Virus record (IMG/VR): IMGVR_UViG_3300014204_000129
Location: 1-64,000 of that record
Reading direction: 5' to 3' (one strand)
DNA: 64,000 nt
Source of the DNA: a virus
Taxonomy: Duplodnaviria; Caudoviricetes
The translations under genes were made by a program, and so were the position numbers. Position 1 is the stretch's first letter. Every line of letters starts with the position of its first letter. Below the pieces are notes generated by a model. It was not told the DNA's origin. It did no database searches and saw nothing but the letters and a program-made list of their open reading frames with translations. This document shows, piece by piece, positions 1 to 10,972 of this stretch.

Positions 1-188
1 ACCTGTATACCATTTCCATACTGTGCCCGTATCCTTACTTCTATTATCTCTCTAAGTTCCTCTTCAGAGTGAGCAGGTACTACATTATACGTACTTCCAT
101 CTTCTACCAGGTCATACTCAACATACACTATCTTCCCTTGCCTTTCTACCCAAATCCTCCACAGCCAGGGCTCATCTGTAATCACCAC
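1..188 (-). CDS. hypothetical protein, partial (runs off window start)
   Basis: Open minus-strand frame from GTG at 188/185 (VITDEPWLWRIW...) with an AAGGGA SD-like motif; no stop before base 1. Confidence 0.5.
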   Translation of the reverse strand, partial: MVITDEPWLWRIWVERQGKIVYVEYDLVEDGSTYNVVPAHSEEELREIIEVRIRAQYGNGIQ

Positions 189-294
189 ATCCCTTTCTTC
201 GCTGTATGCAAATTGTAGGCCGGAGACTGCCCTGTCAGCAGTCTCCTTATCACAGACCCTTATTATATTATCCGAGCATCTAATTAAATATACT

Positions 295-2478
295 TTATCC
301 ACATTTACTAAATCCGCAGTTTGGACAACTCATACATCCTTCTCCCATAATTAACATTGTGCCACACTCTGGGCATTCGGGCCCACCAGTTATTGTAGCA
401 AGTTTAGACACCTGCCCATTAACCCGTCTCTCTAGTACCTTTGCTACTGCATCAGCACAACTGAGCGCCCCTCGCCCACCAAAGCCTGGTGCTGCACAAC
501 GGATACCACGTAGTTGCTTAACAATATTAGGAATAGGGATACCAGCACGTAGAGATACACTGATTAGACGCGCCAGTGCCTCACTTTGCGCACTAATACA
601 CCCTCCACTATGGCCAGCAGTAAGAAATACCTCACATATGCCTTGTTCATCTTCATTAACTGTAACATAAAGACTGCGTCCACAACCAAGGTGTATCCGC
701 TCAGTTGCACCAGTAGTCACAGGCGGGCGTTCTCGTGGAGAAGCTTCTTTGCGTTCAGTAGTAACAGTAAGTACCTGGTTATCTCTACTACCATCCCTAT
801 AAAATGTTATACCCTTGCATCCCCTCTTCCAGGCATCAATGAACAATGGACCAACGTCTTCTAGAGGAAAGTCAGAAGTAGCGTTTACAGTTTTGCTAAT
901 ACTATTATGTGTCCACCTTTGGAAAGCAGCCTGTATACGAACATGCCATTCAGGACTTACCTCATGAGCAGTGACAAGATAACTGCGAACTTCTTCAGGG
1001 AGATCTTCTATAGAAGTAACACTATACTCACTCAACAATTGTTCTACAATTGGATTAAAGAATATAAATTTCTTACCACCTAAGACATCACGAGTAACTG
1101 ATAGTGCAAAGTTCGGTTCTATGCCGGAGCTAGTATTAGCAATAAAACTCAAACTTCCTGTGGGAGCAATTGTAGTAATTGCTGCATTACGAATGCCATA
1201 ATCAGCAAGGTTGTCCTCTACCCAACTCCAGTTCATGTCAAACTCTTCTGTGTTGTCAATGAAAGATCTATCATGGTCTATAGTGATTGGACAAATATAT
1301 TCACCATAGGAGTCCCCCTTCCATTCCATTGCTGAGAAGGGGCCATAATCCATAGCCCTAGTCATAGATTCATCCATCGCTGTATAGGTGATGAATTCCA
1401 TAATATGCTCAGCCAAAGTTTCTGCTTCTTCACTGTCATAACGAATACCTAACTTATACAGCATATCTGCAAAACCCATAACACCAAGACCAACACGCCG
1501 AGTGCGCTTAACAATAGCTTCAGTTTCTGGTAAAGGATAACGATTAATATCAATGCTCATATCAAGAAATATAGTAACAAGACGTGAGGTCTCATCTAAA
1601 CGGGCCCAATCTATTGTGCCTCCAACAACAAAGTTGACTAGATTGATACTAGCCAAACTGCAAGCTTCACCCGCCAGTAAGTTCTGTTCACCACATAAAT
1701 TACTAAGAAGTGGGCCAAGACTCGGTGTGGGATTATAGCGTTGATTAGTATCCCAAAACTGAACACCTGGCTCTCCATTTTGCCAAGCATGTTGAATTAG
1801 TGCGCCCCAAATGTCACGGGCGCGAACAACCTTAGTTACTGATAGTGTACGTGGATTAATAAGAGAATAGTCAGTGTCATTTTCAACCGCCTGCATAAAT
1901 TCATCGGTAAGAGTTACACTTATATTGAAGTTGTGTAGTACACCATCTTTTTCTTTACAGGAGATAAACTCCATGATATCAGGGTGCCAGACTGGTAATA
2001 GGGCTAGTACCCCACCCCGTCTAAAGCCACCCTGCTTCACACACTCAATCATAGAATCAAATACATATAAGAAGGACACTGGCCCACTTGCTACCCCGTG
2101 TTTGTTCTTAACATTATCGCCCTTGGGTCTGACATTACCAATATAGAGACCAATACCTCCCCCCTGCCTAGTTATCTCCGCACACTTTTTAATTGTTTCA
2201 AATATACCATCAATAGAGTCAGGCACATCTAATGAGAAGCAGGCAAATCCACTACCAAAATCTGTACCAAAGCTGAATAGTGCTGGTGAGTTAGGTAGAA
2301 AGTCAAGATTAGATATAGCTATATAGAACTTTTCTGCAAGGTCATCATCGTTCTGTGCCACCGCCTTGGCCACTCTATGAAATAGTTCATCAGGAGTCTC
2401 TATAAGAGTGCCATTTAGGTCTCTACGTAAATATCGTTCTTCTAGTAATTTAATTGCGTTATCAGTTAATTTTGTCAA
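295..2478 (-). CDS. nrdJ: adenosylcobalamin-dependent (class II) ribonucleotide reductase with C-terminal TSCPD/Zn-ribbon domain
   Basis: LEERYL N-terminus, FLPNSP, ACF, GGGIG, QGGFRRG, NxCGE catalytic loop, IAPTG, SISKTVN, KGITFYRDGSR; C-terminal GIRC/SCADA and CPECG...CPNCGFSKC; TTG start with GGAG SD. Confidence 0.93.
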   Translation of the reverse strand: MTKLTDNAIKLLEERYLRRDLNGTLIETPDELFHRVAKAVAQNDDDLAEKFYIAISNLDFLPNSPALFSFGTDFGSGFACFSLDVPDSIDGIFETIKKCAEITRQGGGIGLYIGNVRPKGDNVKNKHGVASGPVSFLYVFDSMIECVKQGGFRRGGVLALLPVWHPDIMEFISCKEKDGVLHNFNISVTLTDEFMQAVENDTDYSLINPRTLSVTKVVRARDIWGALIQHAWQNGEPGVQFWDTNQRYNPTPSLGPLLSNLCGEQNLLAGEACSLASINLVNFVVGGTIDWARLDETSRLVTIFLDMSIDINRYPLPETEAIVKRTRRVGLGVMGFADMLYKLGIRYDSEEAETLAEHIMEFITYTAMDESMTRAMDYGPFSAMEWKGDSYGEYICPITIDHDRSFIDNTEEFDMNWSWVEDNLADYGIRNAAITTIAPTGSLSFIANTSSGIEPNFALSVTRDVLGGKKFIFFNPIVEQLLSEYSVTSIEDLPEEVRSYLVTAHEVSPEWHVRIQAAFQRWTHNSISKTVNATSDFPLEDVGPLFIDAWKRGCKGITFYRDGSRDNQVLTVTTERKEASPRERPPVTTGATERIHLGCGRSLYVTVNEDEQGICEVFLTAGHSGGCISAQSEALARLISVSLRAGIPIPNIVKQLRGIRCAAPGFGGRGALSCADAVAKVLERRVNGQVSKLATITGGPECPECGTMLIMGEGCMSCPNCGFSKCG

Positions 2479-2489
2479 TAGTCAGTCTC

Positions 2490-2813
2490 CTAAATACTCA
2501 CTATTATAATAGTTATTAAATGTAGAACTTGATCAATGTATAGATATTTCCAATACTCAGGTTGAGTAATTTCATACGTTTTATGGCACTTCCAATAGTC
2601 AATGAGTAGGTGTGTGATGAATAGGAACGGTAGTTGCCACCAAGAGAGTGCCCCCATGAAATAGATAACAGTACAGAGCAGCATTGCCCAAGTTAGGGCG
2701 TGGACTGCTAATAGAAAGTTCGATTTACTCTTCATATTACCAATAAAAGGGCCCTGCCAATGAAAATCATATAGAAGGTGCACTAGTATCAGTGCTGCAA
2801 ACATTAGTACCAT
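2490..2813 (-). CDS. DUF3307-like membrane protein
   Basis: Hydrophobic helices with H..YDFHWQ, H, THLLID and DQVLH motifs. Confidence 0.75.
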   Translation of the reverse strand: MVLMFAALILVHLLYDFHWQGPFIGNMKSKSNFLLAVHALTWAMLLCTVIYFMGALSWWQLPFLFITHLLIDYWKCHKTYEITQPEYWKYLYIDQVLHLITIIIVSI

Positions 2814-2887
2814 AGACTCTCCTAATATAATACTAGTTTAGTATTAAATGTCTAACATGGGGTAGCATACTTCACCCTTGGACATAT

Positions 2888-2916
2888 ATTATACCACACC
2901 TTGGCTTGAATTTCAA
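2888..2916 (-). promoter_or_regulatory. sigma70-type promoter upstream of the DUF3307-nrdJ genes
   Basis: Minus strand TTGAAA-17 bp-TATAAT with an extended -10 (TGTGG TATAAT). Confidence 0.7.
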
Positions 2917-5529
2917 TAGAGAATGTTACTCTCTTTTATCCAGCGCCCATGCCCATGACTATGTATTATATAGCGTATGGGCTCTGAGTATCGCTCATGA
3001 ATGGCTTCTTCTGTGGTAAGATTATCATGATAGCCACCACTCATTGTTATACTCCTAACTTCACCCTTCCATACCTCATTATTTGCCCAATAGAATTGCA
3101 CTACTTGTCCAAGGGTATACTTAGGCTTAGGTAAGGTATTTGGATCAAAGTTCTCTGGCCAGGTTATATCAGGATACCGACCAGACATATCTGTGGGCTG
3201 CCATTGCTGACCATCCCATTCAGGCACTGCTAGGTAGTTCATTCTTCCTTGCCAATATTGCTTCTATATAATTAAGGGCTGCCCCTAGTCCATCCACGTC
3301 TAGTATCATCAGTGCCCACTGTCTATACTCTTGTGCCAGATAAACCTCATCCATATGTACCTTTAACTGTTTCCAATCACTATATCCAGGGGGCGGGTCT
3401 ACGTATGGCATAATACTCTTCCAAGATCAGCAAGAGAATATATAGTTCTATCTTTATAACGGAATTCTATAGAATAGACCCACTTCCCCTCATTAAGGCC
3501 ATTTTTATGCACCACACAAGTAAGTTTTATACCATCCTTCTCTGCATAGAAAGATCCTCCTGGTTCAAAGTACATACGTTCAGGGGCACACTTGAATATC
3601 TTCTTGAATTCTATGGGGATAAGGAATAGTATAGTATTTACGTATTCTTGCTGCTGCTTTATGTGGGCCTGTTTAGCCATCTCCCTTAGATTAGTCATAT
3701 ATATAACCCCATGTTAACCAACATTATACTCAGGATAGTCCTCCATAAGTAGCATCCCCAATGTCCCCTTGTTAGGAACTTCATGAGGAAGTTGCCAACG
3801 ATCATTCTCATGAGTATAGAAATACTTTATTTTACTATCCTCACATGTAACCTTAAGAGTTACACGACCCTTCTTTACTAGAAATTCATTGTTTTCTGTT
3901 GGGAGCACAGAGTCAGGCTGCCACCCAAACTTAGCAGCAAATGCCTCTGTGATAAATGGTATCATACGAGCTATATAATCTCTCCTTAGTATATTATATA
4001 TACTCATACAATCCAATTCAAACTCAGTAGGAACTATTTTCTCTCTCTTAAACATAGTTTACTCCCAGCCCATGCAGCCACAATAAAACCTATCATAGGT
4101 ATCGTTTGGCCTATACTCAAAGAATGCTAAACCTAAACTACTGGGTAACTCTTTCGAGCATGATATATAGTAATCACACCGTGCAAGTCTACCTGTTAGA
4201 TCAGGCACTTCGTCTACAGGTGTATAACTATTTGGGTCTGGGAAGCACACTGGGCAGGTTTCATTTGCAACGTGGCCACATTTCATTAATATCATTATAG
4301 TAACCTCCCAAGATCAGCTAATGAATATACAGGTTTATTCTTATAGTAGAAAGTTATATAATAACCATCACTATTATCTTCCATTTGTATCTGCCCCACT
4401 ATGCATGAGAGCACCACCCCTTCTCTCTCAACAAAGAACTGTGTTCCTTTAATTGGGTGTATCTCTGTGTATACATAATCCGGCTTACAACCAAAGGTCT
4501 TTAAGAAAGAGCAGTGTATAAGTTTCTTAATCTTATTAAGATAAGAAATTCTACTATTATAGTAGGCAGCCTTTGCATACTCAGTAAAGTCCATTATATT
4601 GCCCTTGCCCCATATACAATTAGTTTAACCATCTCCCGTAGTGTAAACCCTTTATATGTAAATTCTGTTCCATCATTAAATGTTACTCTATCATCATAAA
4701 CCTTTGCCACGGGCCTATTGTCATTCTCAAACACTTCAATATGATCTAGGTGCTCTATACTATACATAACTCACCCCCATAACATAATAAGTATTATTAG
4801 TATCATTAATAGTGCCCATATTGGTAATAATACAAGAGCAAAAATGGTATAAAATAATAGGGCATAATCCATAAGCATATCTATCTTATCATCCATAAGT
4901 TACCATCCATATATATCTGCAAGCTGTACAAGAATATCTGTGAGATTGTTGCCATACTTAGTATAGCCACCAACACATACATTATATTGTCCCCACAGCC
5001 CCCCATCTTCCCCTATATGAACATAATGGCCAGCGCGTAGTAGGCTACTGATAGCCATACATATATAGTGTTCATTAACCAGATACTTCTTTTCAGTAGG
5101 AGTATTTTCTAGTTCTCTTTTCCACTGTGCTTCAAGCATAATTTATCCCTTTTTATAGCCCGGTACTGGTTTATATTCTAACTTCGGGCGAGGATGTGTA
5201 GCCCAATACTGAGCACTCTCCCACTCCTCTAACATTACCCCCGCAAACGCTCTCATAGACCAATTTGGATTTAGTGTTAGGAACTCAGCTACAGTCTTCA
5301 GTCCTGACCATTCCTTAAACCACGGCACGGTGAATCCACACCATTTCATCCACTTCTTCATATCTGCGGTATTTATAGTGGTCCCTCGATGAGGCAGTCT
5401 GTGCCCAAGCTGCTTGGCAAGTATCGGCCAATGATCATAGTCACCACCAATAAGTGTGCAAGATGTCATAGCAGTCTGCACACTAGCAGCCTCACGCGCC
5501 GCTTTAGCCCGCCTTCTACCTTCAAGCAT
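2913..5529 (-). other. array of small hypothetical phage ORFs, including paralogs 3399-3698, 3714-4055 and 4295-4594
   Basis: Tightly packed, overlapping minus-strand ORFs; 3399-3698 and 4295-4594 share the C-terminal YSLADLGR. Confidence 0.65.
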
Positions 5530-5542
5530 CTTCTGTGCACGT

Positions 5543-5975
5543 TCATACTTGTCCGTAGTATCTATCTCTCCAGTACCTAGTCTCGTCCTTCTCTCTTGCT
5601 ACTTCTTCCATACCAATTTCCGTATTAGTTTCTGCTTGATCCTTCCACCCCTCTATATCATCCTTAAGGTCTTGAATAATACGATATTGTGCTAACGCAA
5701 CTTCCTGTAAGAAGCCATACGAGAGCTCACCGCTGGCAATAATCTTATCATCCATCATGCTTAGCCAATAGATCATAATATCGTTCTTTCCAAAGCTCAA
5801 TTTCATCTCTAGCTATATTATAGTTCTCCTGACCTATGTCTTGTATAGTATCAATGTCAGAATTTAGTCCAGTAATATTCTCTCTTAGGAAGATTGTTTG
5901 ACGGTAAAGCCACAAAGCTGCCTCTTGTAGCTCATCGTATGATAATTCTCCACTAGCAATAGCCTTATCATTCAT
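5543..5975 (-). other. two tandem paralogous coiled-coil ORFs (5748-5975 and 5543-5758)
   Basis: Both begin xDKxIASGELSYxxLQExAL and end WxxRYY. Confidence 0.7.
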
Positions 5976-6044
5976 TATAAGCCCCCTTTGTTGAAGCCCA
6001 AGATCTATCCCACTAAATAACGATCCTACATGTAGCTTTCCCAA
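5976..6044 (-). pseudogene. N-terminal relic of a C5 DNA cytosine methyltransferase
   Basis: VGSLFSGI-DLGLQQRG resembles motif I (SLFSGIGGxDLGLExAG) with an internal deletion; no further MTase motifs follow. Confidence 0.5.
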
Positions 6045-6048
6045 TATA

Positions 6049-6594
6049 CTAACTCTTTAGTACCTCTTGCTCAGCCTCAGTATCTCTATTAAGACTTTGC
6101 TCAGGCTCAAACTTCTCCGGGTATCTCACCCTCAGTTTATTAATATTCTTTTCCATAACAGACTCTAGATCTGTACCCAGCATATAACATATATGCCCAA
6201 GGATAGTTACAAGCCCCATAATACACTCCATAGTACGAACATCTGCCAGGGCATCCTTGTAACCAACCAATTCTTCTTTAGCCAAGCCACCTATCGTAAG
6301 CGCCCAACCCAATATTAGCCCTTCTAGGGCCAACTCTTGATCAAAGTGAACCTTAGGGTCAGTTATATAATTACTCAACGATCTTCCTGAGGTCTCGCAG
6401 TACATGGCAAAGTACCACAGCTCATCTCCAATCTCTTCTATAAGATTAGAAGTATCTAGGTCATGTCCTTGTGCACGATGGTTCTTTATTTGTGTTGCGA
6501 ACTCTCCACACTCACTAATAAGCCCCAGCACTGCTTGTATAGTATCTTTATTAGTGGGGCTACAGGTTCTCATGGCCAGATCTTGATACATCAC
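6049..6594 (-). CDS. MazG-like nucleoside triphosphate pyrophosphohydrolase
   Basis: YQxLAMRT, GLxSECGE, EEIGDxLWY, NINKLRxRYPEKF. Confidence 0.85.
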   Translation of the reverse strand: MMYQDLAMRTCSPTNKDTIQAVLGLISECGEFATQIKNHRAQGHDLDTSNLIEEIGDELWYFAMYCETSGRSLSNYITDPKVHFDQELALEGLILGWALTIGGLAKEELVGYKDALADVRTMECIMGLVTILGHICYMLGTDLESVMEKNINKLRVRYPEKFEPEQSLNRDTEAEQEVLKS

Positions 6595-7340
6595 GGAAGT
6601 GTTACCTTAGCTACATAAGATATTAAGGGATTAAGTATCTCACCCTTGAATACAATAAGGCGGTCAGTCTCTATGTCAAAGAAGTTTCCAGAGTACTCAC
6701 TAATATATGTAATTGTATCAAGATCAGTATCTAGATACTCTTGTCTGGCATTAATCTTAGCCAACAACTCTTCTTTAGTACTTGCTTCATATCCAATAAC
6801 ACCATCTTGACAAATCAAAAGTGCATAATAATATTCGTTCATAGCGTTACTTCTATAAACTGTTCAATACCAGGCACCACTAAACTACCCCTAAATACCG
6901 CAATAGTTACCGACCGCTCACTAGAGTAGGCTGTAGTATAGTCCCCAAAGGGCTCTATAACATCATACTCATCTTCACTCAAATCTTCTATTGCCTCCCT
7001 AATAATCTCCTCTATTCTATAGTGGTCCCCCTTATAAAAAATAGTTCCTTCCTCATCAACGATAATTGCATAATAAGTTTCATTTTCCATTTTTAGTCTC
7101 CTTATGTACTCTCAACTTAACATCCATACTTATCGGTACCATTCTTCCCTCAATCACAATTACAGTACTCCCACAGTCAGTGGCGGGGTAAGACAAATCT
7201 ATTCCTGGGTAATCCAATAAGCTTCTGTCAATAGGAAGAGTTTCTGCAACACTATCAAGCAGTACTTGTGTTTCCTCTAGACTATCTTCTTGATATAGAT
7301 CTACAGTACCCGCATTAGCAACAAGCATAAAGTATGTCAA
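6591..7340 (-). other. three tandem, distantly paralogous small acidic ORFs (6591-6842, 6839-7090, 7080-7340)
   Basis: Shared pattern: N-terminal YY/YF-hydrophobic strand, G-x-I/V, C-terminal V(F/I)xGx(I/L/M). Confidence 0.55.
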
Positions 7341-7783
7341 CTTACCTCCCTTATAATATTGATAGCAGTCTTTAGGTCTGGTACGGTAACATAAGCAAGC
7401 TCTCGTAACATACCATGCCAATGACAATTATCCTCATCCATGATGACAACGATAAGCTTGTTTAGTTCGCTTGCCCACCCTATTTCTATCACGGTGCCAA
7501 TGCTCACTCTAGTTGCCCCACTGAAGTTCACTAATACTATATCAGCCCTCCTTATATCATCGTGGTCTCGGTACGTTATCGACTGCCTGTTGGAAGTAGG
7601 AGTAGCACCATACTCATCTCTAATGTCATCAGCATTTTCAAGAAAGCTTTTACCTCGCATTGGGTCTAGGCACTTTATATTAAATGCACCAAGAGTATTT
7701 GTAGCTGTCTTCCTCCAATCTGTGCATTCTTTATATGAACAGCCTGTTATAGGCCCCGCCAAGTATACTATCATTGTACCCAC
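7337..7783 (-). CDS. nucleoside 2-deoxyribosyltransferase family protein
   Basis: VYLAGP, DP, RDxxDIxxADIV, SIGTVIEIGWA. Confidence 0.85.
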   Translation of the reverse strand: MGTMIVYLAGPITGCSYKECTDWRKTATNTLGAFNIKCLDPMRGKSFLENADDIRDEYGATPTSNRQSITYRDHDDIRRADIVLVNFSGATRVSIGTVIEIGWASELNKLIVVIMDEDNCHWHGMLRELAYVTVPDLKTAINIIREVS

Positions 7784-8529
7784 TTGTTATCTAAAAACTC
7801 TTCTGCTATTACTTCTTTATCCATGTTTATAATCCTGACAACATATCATAATACACTTCCATCCAATAATCAGCATATTCTTTATTTTGGTATACTAGCT
7901 CTGTCTCTGCTATCAGATCCTCTTCTAGAGTCTCTACTTTCTTATAAAGAGAGATGATGGTCATAGCCATTCTATATAATGACACCTTTCCCCTGTACCT
8001 CCACCCCCCATCAAGTATCTCTTGTGCTTCTTCTTTAGTCATAATGCTATTCATAGTAGTCAAAGTCCCCGTGCTTTAACATGAATTGTAAGCTCACCAA
8101 CTCATCCTCTAGCCTATGCAGCATACGTAAGTCCTTCTCTGTTGACTTACCTCTTAATTCCGCAATACGTTCCTGTAAATCTTCTATATCTCGAATAAGG
8201 TCCCTCTTTTGATTATGTTTTCTACTCATATTCTCCAAGCACCAAGAGATAGTTAGTATCACATAGTGGGCAGCGGAGAGTCAATCGAGTCTCTAATATA
8301 CCATCCTTCACAGCAACTCCCTCTTCATATGTTTTTGACCAGTGCTCTTCTTGCTTAGTAAGCACCAGTAGGAAACCAAATTTGCACTCAGGGCAGGTCA
8401 ATCTCTTCATCACCCACCACATAAAGCCATTCACCTATATTAAATACAGCAATGCAATCGTTATCCTCATTATATAAAAATAGTCTCCCATCATCCAAAG
8501 CCTCAAAGTATGCGCCCCTTACCTCAATA

Positions 8530-9090
8530 CTACTTTCCTTCACCACTACCTTGAATATCATCATCATCTCCTATAATAATAAATGGTGGCTTGACTGTGC
8601 CCGTATACATAGCGGCTACCTGCAAAGCTGCCTCTATCCGAGCACGAGGCTCTAACATACTTGTAACTAGTAGGCTGCCCAATGCATAATCTTCTCCAGA
8701 ACCAATGGCCACAGTGCCTGTATTATACCAGTTTATGTGATAGTCACTGTACATAACATAGACTATCCCTCGATATCCAATCAAGAAGGTACCGCCTTCA
8801 CGCTCATTGTCACCTTGAAAGCCGTGCTCCTTGAATATACTTCTTATATGCTCAGTAACAAGTGTGGCTAGGTATTCATAGTCGGTGGTGTCTACTATCT
8901 GAGAGGGCGGGCTAAAGTACACACGAAGTATCTGCCCCATTCTATAGCTGCCTATGAACCCAAATATAAACTCCCCGTTTCTAAACACTTTGGGTACATT
9001 TGATACCAGGTGCTTATACCCACACGTTGCTCCACTATCGCCACCAATGTACATCTTGCCATCACCGAATACGCCGACAATACAGCTCAT
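8530..9090 (-). CDS. phage HslV/proteasome-beta-like (Ntn) peptidase
   Basis: MSCIVG N-terminus, IGGDS, PKVF, AIGSGxxYALGSL. Confidence 0.8.
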   Translation of the reverse strand: MSCIVGVFGDGKMYIGGDSGATCGYKHLVSNVPKVFRNGEFIFGFIGSYRMGQILRVYFSPPSQIVDTTDYEYLATLVTEHIRSIFKEHGFQGDNEREGGTFLIGYRGIVYVMYSDYHINWYNTGTVAIGSGEDYALGSLLVTSMLEPRARIEAALQVAAMYTGTVKPPFIIIGDDDDIQGSGEGK

Positions 9091-9232
9091 ACACTCTCCA
9101 TAATTTCCGTAACATCTACCTCTATTCCAAACTCATCAGCAGTGCGCGCCAGTATGTCCAATACTGTATTAACAGCCTCCTCTACATCCTTTGTCCAAAC
9201 TCTCACTGTCATTGTTACCGTAAGCTCCATGA

Positions 9233-9523
9233 TTAGTCCCTCCGAAGTAATGTATATATTGTTTTACATTTTATATACATCTCGTTCGGGCAATTGTTTT
9301 CTTCGGCCCAATCTAATAGATCTTTAAATACAGTTAATAATATTTCAAACTCCATAATATGTTGCTCAAGATATACCAGTAGATCTAGCAGTTCCTCTTG
9401 AGCATCCTTCAAGCTGTCTCTATTGTTGAAGGGCACCAGCGGTCTTCCATAAGTCTTCATCCCTATGGCTGCTCGCTCATCCAACTTAGCGTGTATACTA
9501 TCAAAGACCGATGACAAGTTCAT
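9233..9523 (-). CDS. all-alpha NTP pyrophosphatase-like (MazG/dUTPase superfamily) small protein
   Basis: RAxxGxxxYG and QEELLDxxVYL motifs. Confidence 0.55.
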   Translation of the reverse strand: MNLSSVFDSIHAKLDERAAIGMKTYGRPLVPFNNRDSLKDAQEELLDLLVYLEQHIMEFEILLTVFKDLLDWAEENNCPNEMYIKCKTIYTLLRRD

Positions 9524-9708
9524 CTTCCTTATTATAAATCTCTATAATGACCCCCGCCGCACCCAAGATTGCCACGAAGCGCTTGAGATCAATAATGACT
9601 GCGGGGGTAAAATACCAATTATGCAGAATAACTTTATATATAGTATTAACCTGTATATCTTTCTTATCTATAATAAGCTGTACTGCGGCCTTAATAACCT
9701 CTTCCATA

Positions 9709-10422
9709 CTACTTCCTCGCTATAGCATATATGTCTGGCCCAGATACATATATAGTAGACATATTAAATATTAGTAACCAGTCTCCTAGTTCATCATACG
9801 ATATGTTCTTATACCACTCTGTATATTCTCCTATCAGCCACTTGCCATCTACAGCGGAGTGTGGAAGCCAGTTATTAGCGGCCATAACAAGTAGCACACC
9901 CCCATCTTTCAATATACTATATGCATTATGTAGGATAGATCTACTATCCGGTGTATGCTCTAATGTTCCTACACACACTACCATATCTGCTAACCTTGGC
10001 GGTGCATACTTACTTGCATCGCAGACCACATCAACTCCTGGGCCAGCTTCGATGTCAACTCCAACAAACTCACAGTTGAATATATCCCTTATTCCACCAT
10101 TGATATCCTTACTACCAAACTCCACCACTAAACCCTCTTTAGACAGAGGGTGTGCAGTAACAAAGGTTTCTACCCAATCATGGACAAGTTTTGTCATAAG
10201 TATGTTACCCAGAATGCTATAGCCATAAATATCATCAGCCCTACCCAACATATCATTAACAATGTATTTTCTATTTTCTCTACTCCTGTGCTGATGGCGA
10301 GCACACACATAGCTATATACCATATCTTTGCCAGAATATCCATGTAACCTCCACTGAATTTTATCATCACTAAGCATCTCCCCTGAGTGCCCCATTATAG
10401 CACAGGTCGGCAGCCTTGGCAA
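9709..10422 (-). CDS. class I SAM-dependent methyltransferase
   Basis: VEFGSxDING, VGVD, GPGVDVVCD, LEH, LKDGG; the true start may be downstream of the track start. Confidence 0.8.
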   Translation of the reverse strand: MPRLPTCAIMGHSGEMLSDDKIQWRLHGYSGKDMVYSYVCARHQHRSRENRKYIVNDMLGRADDIYGYSILGNILMTKLVHDWVETFVTAHPLSKEGLVVEFGSKDINGGIRDIFNCEFVGVDIEAGPGVDVVCDASKYAPPRLADMVVCVGTLEHTPDSRSILHNAYSILKDGGVLLVMAANNWLPHSAVDGKWLIGEYTEWYKNISYDELGDWLLIFNMSTIYVSGPDIYAIARK

Positions 10423-10450
10423 GCAGCAACTTCTTTCGTGCTATAGATAT

Positions 10451-10972
10451 TTAGTGGTGCCGGCCATCTCGGCCACTCGACCGGGTAGCATACCGTGAGA
10501 CTGCATACCCACTTCTACACAGGTTCGCACACTCTCGACACCTATGTCCAGCTATAGTTACAGGAACGCCGCAATCGGGGCATACCTTTGCCTTGGGAAC
10601 TCGTTTCGGGGGCCGTACACGCAGCTTCTTTATGATTGTATAGACATCGGCTGGATATATGCCCAACTCCGCTGCAATAACTGGCACAGGGACATGCCTG
10701 TGGTTTAGTTGCTCATTGACATAGGCAACTACCATATCGCGGGTAACCTTAAAGCCTATAATAGTGTTTGATTGCCAGAGCACAGATTTGGTAATAGCCA
10801 GGGCTGCATTAGCCTGCTCTCGTGTGCACCCCACCCGCGCCTGATACTCAGCGGGGGTAGGAACACGGCCAAGCTCAGCAGACATCTGCTGAATAGTAGC
10901 CACAATAGTATGATCGGGATGGTAGGCTGCGCGCATGGCCAGGAGTATACCACAGCTGGCCGGGAAACGCAA
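10451..10972 (-). CDS. putative DNA-binding protein (HTH-like segments plus C-terminal CxxC..CxxC zinc finger)
   Basis: AELGRVPTPAEY, IAAELGIYPADV, CPDCG...CREC; GC-richer than its neighbours. Confidence 0.5.
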   Translation of the reverse strand: MRFPASCGILLAMRAAYHPDHTIVATIQQMSAELGRVPTPAEYQARVGCTREQANAALAITKSVLWQSNTIIGFKVTRDMVVAYVNEQLNHRHVPVPVIAAELGIYPADVYTIIKKLRVRPPKRVPKAKVCPDCGVPVTIAGHRCRECANLCRSGYAVSRYATRSSGRDGRHH

